Of a stretch of 32,000 nucleotides of DNA, positions 26,417 through 32,000 are shown piece after piece. Source of the stretch: an uncultured archaeon (GTDB lineage: Archaea; Asgardarchaeota; Thorarchaeia; Thorarchaeales; Thorarchaeaceae); NCBI GenBank assembly GCA_964354495.1, contig CAYHAA010000014.1, forward strand, positions 47,392 to 79,391. Direction: 5' to 3'. Both the position numbers and the translations under genes were made by a program. Under the pieces are notes generated by a model. The model was given only the letters and a program-made list of their open reading frames with translations, was not told the DNA's origin and did no database searches. The first letter of the stretch is position 1; each line of letters opens with the position of its first letter.

Positions 26417-28192
26417 TTGCAGGAGCACAAAAGGACAAATCGCGAAGCGGATCAATCCAAGCAGTTCGAAGATATGGTCATGATGGCAAACGAAGGCATC
26501 ATGGTAATCCAAGAAAACCATCTAGTTCTGGCGAATCCTGCTCTGCATAGAATGCTCGGTTTCGACGATGGAGAGCTCGTTGGGAAGCCTGTGAGTAGCA
26601 TACTCGATTCGGCAACAGCCCACTATTACAAGGAAGGACAAGAGGCACTGAAATGGAGCGAGCTAGACCATCCCAGTTTTCGTGCATGCCTCATGATGAA
26701 GAAAGGTAGCTTACTCGATGTGGAGATAAGCATATCCAACTTCATCTTATCCTATTATCCAGCGATACTGGGATTTGTGAGGGACATCACTGGCCAAATT
26801 GAGCTAGAGGCAGCCATTGATGCATCAGAAACCCGGTATAGAGCCCTCTTTGATTCCTCGCCTATTGCGTACATCACACTGAGCCTGAGAGGGAATATTC
26901 TCCAAGTTAACAAAGCAGCGTGTCGTCTTCTGGGCTATGGCGAGGATGAACTTCTACGGAGAAATCTTGCATCGTTTATCCCTGACAAAGAGAGAAATGG
27001 CATTGTGGGTGAATTCACCTCTGAGGTGGCTCAGGGTAAGAACCTTGAGAACTTTGAGATGCAACTACAGCGTTCAGATGGTCGACCGACTTGGGTAAGT
27101 GTTACAGCGAACCTCCTAGAATACCCTGACAAGTCCTCTAGCATAGGTTTGATGGCACTCGATATTGACAGAAGAAAATCAGCTGAAGCTCGAGAGTATG
27201 CTGAAAGGGAGCGTGCCAATCTCTACCTTGAGGTGATGACGCATGACCTCAACAACATCAACCAAAGCCTCCTATTCTCACTTGGCCTTGTAGAGTCAGC
27301 GCCAACGACTCCGGCAGACATACAGTCCATGATGCAACAATCGAGCTGGCACATCAGACGATCTGCGCGGATGATAGCTAATATGCGTGCCATCATGCGC
27401 CTTCGAGAATCGCCTCCAACTGCTGAAGAGGTGGATTTGTTCGATTATGTCCAAATGGCCAAGTATGCCATTGAGGAGGACTTTCCCTGGAAGAAGCTCT
27501 CCTTGAAGACGAACATTAGTAAGAGCGAGTTCAGAGTAGCAGGACACGAATATCTTCATCAGGTTTTCTTCAATATCATTCACAACTCAATGTCATTTGA
27601 TACGCGAGATGTAGTAGATGTAGAAGTGAATGCGAAGCACGTTGATAATCTGAAAATGGTACGAGTAGAGATACTTGACAATGGTCCGGGCATACCAAAT
27701 CATGCCAAAGAATTCATTTTTCGAAGAACAGGTAGTCCCGATGAACAGATTGTAGGAAGAGGTCTCGGACTCACGCTAGTGGACCAGATTATCCGGAGCC
27801 TCGGAGGCATGATTCGTGCTGAGGACAGAGTCGAGGGCGACTACACAAAAGGTGCCAAGTTCGTAATGATGCTACCAATGTGGATAGAGGCACAGAAATT
27901 GCCATGTGGACGTAATACTTGCATCACTTTCTACAAGTCTAACCACTGCGTATTCTGTGAACCTGTAATGCAGACCCTCCTGGTTGTCCTTGAGGAACTT
28001 AGCGTTTCTAGGTCTATTGTAGAGGAGCTCAATGTGGATGATCCCGCGCTTGGCTTAGACCGCAACCGGCTTCCGATGCTGCCCTACATGAAAATATGCG
28101 ACGAAGAATTCACTGGCTTCATCTCGGACGAAACGATCAAGAATGCAGTGCAGAATCTTGCAATCAAGAGCTGCTATCCTGAAGTCCGTTAG
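26417..28192 (+). CDS. PAS-PAS histidine kinase with a C-terminal thioredoxin-fold (CVFC) domain
   Basis: Intact H-box MTHDLNN, N-box NIIHNS, DNGPG and GRGLGL. The C-terminus reads FYKSNHCVFC...LNVDDP...LPMLP. TTG start with an AGGTG RBS. Confidence 0.92.
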   Translation: MQEHKRTNREADQSKQFEDMVMMANEGIMVIQENHLVLANPALHRMLGFDDGELVGKPVSSILDSATAHYYKEGQEALKWSELDHPSFRACLMMKKGSLLDVEISISNFILSYYPAILGFVRDITGQIELEAAIDASETRYRALFDSSPIAYITLSLRGNILQVNKAACRLLGYGEDELLRRNLASFIPDKERNGIVGEFTSEVAQGKNLENFEMQLQRSDGRPTWVSVTANLLEYPDKSSSIGLMALDIDRRKSAEAREYAERERANLYLEVMTHDLNNINQSLLFSLGLVESAPTTPADIQSMMQQSSWHIRRSARMIANMRAIMRLRESPPTAEEVDLFDYVQMAKYAIEEDFPWKKLSLKTNISKSEFRVAGHEYLHQVFFNIIHNSMSFDTRDVVDVEVNAKHVDNLKMVRVEILDNGPGIPNHAKEFIFRRTGSPDEQIVGRGLGLTLVDQIIRSLGGMIRAEDRVEGDYTKGAKFVMMLPMWIEAQKLPCGRNTCITFYKSNHCVFCEPVMQTLLVVLEELSVSRSIVEELNVDDPALGLDRNRLPMLPYMKICDEEFTGFISDETIKNAVQNLAIKSCYPEVR

Positions 28193-28250
28193 GAAGACAG
28201 ACTTGGAAAAAGAAGTGATATGAGAGGAGTAGCCTCTCATATAGTTATAA

Positions 28251-28613
28251 CTAGAAGACCATTGTACGATCGTGCTTTAGCACATCGTCCACCATGGTAG
28301 CTGCGCCCGCAATCTCGATTCTGGAATCTCTCAGTTCTTCCTGTTTGATTCCACGGAATTGCACAGAATTTGAGCAGACCTGTATCTTTCCGCCAGCCTC
28401 GAGGAAGGAGTTGATGAGTTCAGGCAGCGGTGGAAATCCTGGAGCCTTGACCCTCTCAGCTGCTCCCTTCTTCATCAGCATGACACCATCCATCATGAGG
28501 AAGATTGTCACATTGACATCAAGTGTCTGCGCAGTGGTACCAGTTACAAAAGGACCGTAGCATCGTTCTGCTGCTTCAGGACCCCATTGTGCAATAATGT
28601 ATAGACTAGGCAT
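28251..28613 (-). CDS. DsrE/DsrF-like sulfurtransferase family protein
   Basis: VTIFLMMDGV, GGKIQVCSNS and IAGAAT motifs; two Cys (ERCYGPF, VCSNS). Confidence 0.88.
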   Translation of the reverse strand: MPSLYIIAQWGPEAAERCYGPFVTGTTAQTLDVNVTIFLMMDGVMLMKKGAAERVKAPGFPPLPELINSFLEAGGKIQVCSNSVQFRGIKQEELRDSRIEIAGAATMVDDVLKHDRTMVF

Positions 28614-28627
28614 CTTGTATTCATCTC

Positions 28628-29020
28628 CTACATGACAGCTATTTCAGCGTAGTAAATGACGAGTCCAAGCAGTGTGAGCAGCGTGACCAAGAGATTGGTC
28701 ATGTGCGAGCTGTGGAATGGACCGCCTTGCATTGTCTTCAGCAGTACGGGCAGAATCTGACCGAATTGCATGAGTGTTGCTATTAGTACTAGAACAAAGT
28801 CAAGCAAGATGATGATGTGAAGATAATCGAACATTGCAGGTACAGGTGGGAAGAAAAGCCCAACAAGCAGAGCAGCAATGCCAATCATCATCGCAAACAT
28901 CAATGCCATGACTTGATTCATTAAGCAAAAGCCCATTCTTCTAGCGAGCATAAAGCCGGAGAACATCGCACTTATGTTCAAGGCCAGAAGAACGAACAGA
29001 ATCAGTTGAAAAAGTGCCAT
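28628..29020 (-). CDS. Small (130 aa) 4-TM membrane protein of unknown function
   Basis: Hydrophobic, Met-rich ORF. AGGTG RBS before ATG 29020; ends 14 nt before the DsrE start. Confidence 0.75.
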   Translation of the reverse strand: MALFQLILFVLLALNISAMFSGFMLARRMGFCLMNQVMALMFAMMIGIAALLVGLFFPPVPAMFDYLHIIILLDFVLVLIATLMQFGQILPVLLKTMQGGPFHSSHMTNLLVTLLTLLGLVIYYAEIAVM

Positions 29021-29231
29021 ATTGATACACCTATTATTCCAAGAGCTAAAATGACAATAGATAAACATGTCGGAAAAGGAACACAGTATCGAAGCATCGG
29101 TTTTATTAGGTAACCAAAGGCCTGTTTCGATGTTCGTTTCCGCGCAGAAACAAGTCCGAGATTGAATATGTATTTGGGTGCTAGAGAAACGCATAAAAAC
29201 TGTTCATAAAAGGAGCAGAAGGCGATTGGCT

Positions 29232-29471
29232 ATGACAGATCATCAAGTTGCGGCAGTGTTCGATGCAAGTGGGCTTAGATGTCCAATGCCGATATTGAAG
29301 ACGAAGAAAGAAGTGCAAGGAATCAAAGTCGGAGAAATACTGAAAGTGATAGCCACTGATATTGGCACAAAGAAGGACTTTCCAGCTTGGGCTGAGAGAA
29401 GTGGCAATGAGATACTTGAGCTAGTCGAAGAAGGAGACAAGCTCCTCTGGTTCATCAAACGCTTGAAGTAG
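29232..29471 (+). CDS. tusA: TusA/SirA-family sulfur carrier protein
   Basis: DASGLRCPMPIL motif, then GEILKVIATDIG...W...GN. Start trimmed to ATG 29232. Confidence 0.92.
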   Translation: MTDHQVAAVFDASGLRCPMPILKTKKEVQGIKVGEILKVIATDIGTKKDFPAWAERSGNEILELVEEGDKLLWFIKRLK

Positions 29472-29552
29472 ATGCAAAAGGATGGAAGAAAGGGATAGTG
29501 CCCCTGACTAGGCCTTCTAGCAAGTCCAGGAACTATCTATCCCATCTTGCTA
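29470..29552. terminator. Imperfect long hairpin between convergent tusA and flotillin genes (probable bidirectional terminator)
   Basis: GGGATAG 29492-98 pairs with CTATCCC 29537-43; CCTG-ACT pairs with AGT-C-CAGG inside it. Confidence 0.45.
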
Positions 29553-29555
29553 CTA

Positions 29556-30887
29556 TTACTGCTTCTTCTTTTTCTCTTCAGACGCCATGTCGCCCAGAGC
29601 TTCCTTCATGAGTCCCTTGAAATCAAACCCCATCATCCTAGACATGAGCATCATCGGTAGGAGTACATTTCCGAAGACTTGGAAAGCACCAGCTCCTGCT
29701 CCGCCCTCTTCAGCTCCTTCACCCCCCGTGGCTCCGCCTCCTCCGAAGAGAGTGACATCGCCAATGTCTATTTGCTTGTAGATCTCGGGCAGTATCTGGA
29801 GAAAGTCTCTAGCAAATGCTTGGGGTGAGTAGTCCTTTGCAGCGGCGAGTGTCTTCTTTATACCCTCTGCCTGCGCCGATGTGAGCTTCAGGATTTGACC
29901 AGCCTCAGCTTCTGCAGTGAGGCTGATTTTCTGAGCCTCTGCTTGGGCCTCTTGGAGAATACGTTGAGCCTGGACCTCAACCTCCTCCTTTATCTTGCGC
30001 TGCTTTTCGGCTTCAGCATTCAACTTCGCAACCTCTAGGTCCTTTGCGGCCTCGACCTCTGCCTGTTGCTTCTCATACTTCTTCTGCATCAAAGCCTTCT
30101 GCAATTCAATCTCAAGGACACTCTGCTCACGTTGTTTTTCAGTCTCTTGGATATCTCTAAGCTGCTCTTGTTCTTTGACACCAACATGCCTGTCACGTTC
30201 AATTTCCTGAGCCCTAAGGACCTTGGTCCTCTCGATATCGCGCGTGCCAGTTGCTTGGTCCGCCTCAATCAGAGCAATCTGTGCAAGGCGATGCATCTCC
30301 GCTTCTCTAGGTTTGGACATATCTCTGAGGAATGACTCATTGACGACCACGACATCGACTAGCTCAACAGTGACGATTTTGAGACCCCATTCGCTAACAA
30401 TGTCGATGAGTTCCTTCTTTATAGCTTCAATAATCAGCTGTCGCTCCATAAGTATCGATTCAACTGAGAGCTGGGCACATGCCGTTCGTATGACAGACTC
30501 AATAATTGCGGTAAGTCTTGTCGGTATCTCCTTCCAAGTCACATTGTTTATGGTTGCAATGGCATTATCAGCCTGCCATTGAAGTACTGTGCTGAGCCTG
30601 ATCTTCTGCTTCTCTCTTGACAGAACAGATTCCGCTGAGATGTTCAATTGCTGAACAGTTCTATCGACGGCAAGAATCCTGTCCAAGAAGGGTATTCTGA
30701 CAACCATACCTCCTTCCCCTTGCTTGATGGCCTTACCTTTCCGTAGATGAACGTAGAAGATGTTTGGATCGAAGATGCGCACGTATTTCTTCACGTAGAA
30801 ACCAATCAGCAGAACAAACAGAATTATGAAGAGCGCAATTGCCAGTCCCGGGTTACTGGATAACCAGTTGAATATGTCGGCTTGCAT
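29556..30887 (-). CDS. Flotillin-like SPFH/band-7 protein
   Basis: N-terminal TM segment, SPFH core (RTACAQLSVE, EWGLKIVTVELVDV) and an AEA/EAE-rich coiled coil. Confidence 0.92.
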   Translation of the reverse strand: MQADIFNWLSSNPGLAIALFIILFVLLIGFYVKKYVRIFDPNIFYVHLRKGKAIKQGEGGMVVRIPFLDRILAVDRTVQQLNISAESVLSREKQKIRLSTVLQWQADNAIATINNVTWKEIPTRLTAIIESVIRTACAQLSVESILMERQLIIEAIKKELIDIVSEWGLKIVTVELVDVVVVNESFLRDMSKPREAEMHRLAQIALIEADQATGTRDIERTKVLRAQEIERDRHVGVKEQEQLRDIQETEKQREQSVLEIELQKALMQKKYEKQQAEVEAAKDLEVAKLNAEAEKQRKIKEEVEVQAQRILQEAQAEAQKISLTAEAEAGQILKLTSAQAEGIKKTLAAAKDYSPQAFARDFLQILPEIYKQIDIGDVTLFGGGGATGGEGAEEGGAGAGAFQVFGNVLLPMMLMSRMMGFDFKGLMKEALGDMASEEKKKKQ

Positions 30888-31108
30888 TTCTGTCCAACCT
30901 ACAAGACTCTGTGCTTGACAGCATCCTCAAGCACGTCCTTCTTCACTCCCCGAGATTTGCATTATGAATCAGTCAACTCCACCCTGAGCCCCCAGTCATG
31001 CAATCGACGCCTGACGTAGCCCTGATTTTGACCTTCCATTGCTTGCATCTCTCAGAGCAGTTTGATGGCAGCTTTCAGACGCACTTGGTTATGACTTGTT
31101 CTGAGGCA

Positions 31109-31115
31109 TTATAAA
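31109..31115 (-). promoter_or_regulatory. TATA-like box upstream of the flotillin leader
   Basis: TTTATAA on the minus strand, just after the T-rich tract that follows the upstream gene. Confidence 0.4.
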
Positions 31116-31142
31116 CCCTCGCAGAAAAGAAAAGGCGGAGAA

Positions 31143-32000
31143 CTACTCACTTGACTTCGTTGGCTCGTCCTTTCTTCGACTCTGCTTCTGGACCCACTTC
31201 GCAACTTCCTTTCTTGGATCCACGTAGATGAACTTGTCATCTGCAGAAACAGCGTAAAGCGAAGTTCCTTTCTGGAAAACAACTCCCTTCTGGAATGGTC
31301 GAGCGTAAAACCTTCTCAGACCCATATCGGTTTGGACCCGTATCTCACCGAAGTCATCACGGATTGTGCTGACTGCCTCTACCTCAAGACCCACAATATG
31401 CTGGGGCTTGATATTGAAACCGGTCTCGACAAAAAACTTGCCTAGGATTGTTCGCATTGTCCAAACTAGGAGCGCTGTTCCACCTACATGAAGTATTATC
31501 TTTCCAATGAAAGGAAACGCAATACCTTCGTAGTACATGATGATACCTAAGAAACCGAAAGTGACCAGAGTGGTGCCAATCGTGACTCCAAGAGGCGCAC
31601 CTCTCTCAGCTTCGAAGAACCCAGAATGGTCATGTTCTATGTCGTGGTCTATGTCGACATCATTGTCCGTGGCCTGTTCGGTTTCTTGACTGATGTCATG
31701 ATGGTCCAATTCATGGTCGGCATGATCAACGTCATGCTCCGCTTCATGTGCTACATCCTGGTCGATGTCATGTTCAACCTCATGCGTAACATCGTGATCC
31801 AGTTCGTGCTCGCCGCCGTGGTCGATATCATGCTCAACTTCGTGAGAAACATCGTGGTCTAGCTCTTGCTCAGCACCATGCTCAAAGTCATGTTCCACTT
31901 CGTGTTCCACTGAGTGGTCTAGTTCATGCTCAACTTCACCATGTTCAACAGAATGGTCAATATCGTGGTCTACATCATGTTCAACCTCATGAGCGTGCTC
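31143..32000 (-). CDS. NfeD/YqiJ-like flotillin-partner membrane protein with a His/Asp/Glu repeat region (5' end outside the window)
   Basis: The frame is open to base 32000. Two TM segments are followed by an OB-like C-terminus (GEIRVQTDMG...YAVSAD). Directly upstream of the flotillin gene. Confidence 0.85.
   Translation of the reverse strand, partial: EHAHEVEHDVDHDIDHSVEHGEVEHELDHSVEHEVEHDFEHGAEQELDHDVSHEVEHDIDHGGEHELDHDVTHEVEHDIDQDVAHEAEHDVDHADHELDHHDISQETEQATDNDVDIDHDIEHDHSGFFEAERGAPLGVTIGTTLVTFGFLGIIMYYEGIAFPFIGKIILHVGGTALLVWTMRTILGKFFVETGFNIKPQHIVGLEVEAVSTIRDDFGEIRVQTDMGLRRFYARPFQKGVVFQKGTSLYAVSADDKFIYVDPRKEVAKWVQKQSRRKDEPTKSSE
31626..32000 (-). repeat. Coding tandem repeat of H-[DES]-[VIL]-[DE] tetrapeptides with a 20-aa higher-order duplication
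   Basis: EHAHEVEHDVDHDIDHSVEH...; HGAEQELDHDVSHEVEHDID and HGGEHELDHDVTHEVEHDID are adjacent copies. About 28 His in about 125 aa. Confidence 0.93.

Noticed and set aside
29556-30887. Flotillin as a eukaryotic signature protein
   Set aside because: NfeD-linked flotillins are common in prokaryotes.
31626-31862. Val/Met-rich plus-strand ORF
   Set aside because: It is the antisense shadow of the His/Asp repeat.
1-32000. CRISPR array, IS/transposase, prophage, tRNA/rRNA, defence systems
   Set aside because: No regularly spaced repeats, transposase or integrase motifs, or cloverleaf/rRNA signatures were seen by eye. A tRNAscan/Infernal run would be the definitive check.

Overview
Gene-dense chromosomal window (about 29 CDSs, two cut by the window edges). 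It looks archaeal: TATA-like boxes, GGTGA/GGAGTG ribosome-binding sites, a single-OB SSB, DsrE/TusA and archaeal-style PAS histidine kinases. An Asgard (Thorarchaeia-like) origin is plausible but is my inference. I found no rRNA, tRNA, CRISPR array or transposase. Ordinary genes include a serine hydrolase, two DUF998-like proteins, flavodoxin, QueG-like Fe-S protein, MFS transporter, AstE/AspA, nitroreductase, ACT protein, YhhN, PLP dehydratase, DinB, an ABC exporter, an ArsR-CadA pair and NfeD-like/flotillin. The best candidate for an undescribed system is a possible redox signalling set. It has two collinear paralogous PAS-PAS-DHp-HATPase proteins that both end in a CxxC thioredoxin-fold domain. 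One is catalytically intact and sits beside a DsrE/membrane protein/TusA module. The other is a pseudokinase lacking the phospho-His and an ATP-site Asn. A receiver-DHp protein with no kinase domain is also present. Other oddities are an SSB with a Gly/Arg/Tyr RGG tail, an NfeD-like protein with long His/Asp/Glu tetrapeptide repeats, an E2 acyltransferase core lacking its catalytic His/Asp, eutA with an apparent ATT start, an SRPBCC gene with an in-frame TGA, and a ~130-nt multi-stem intergenic element. All domain calls come from reading motifs by eye; no database searches were run.
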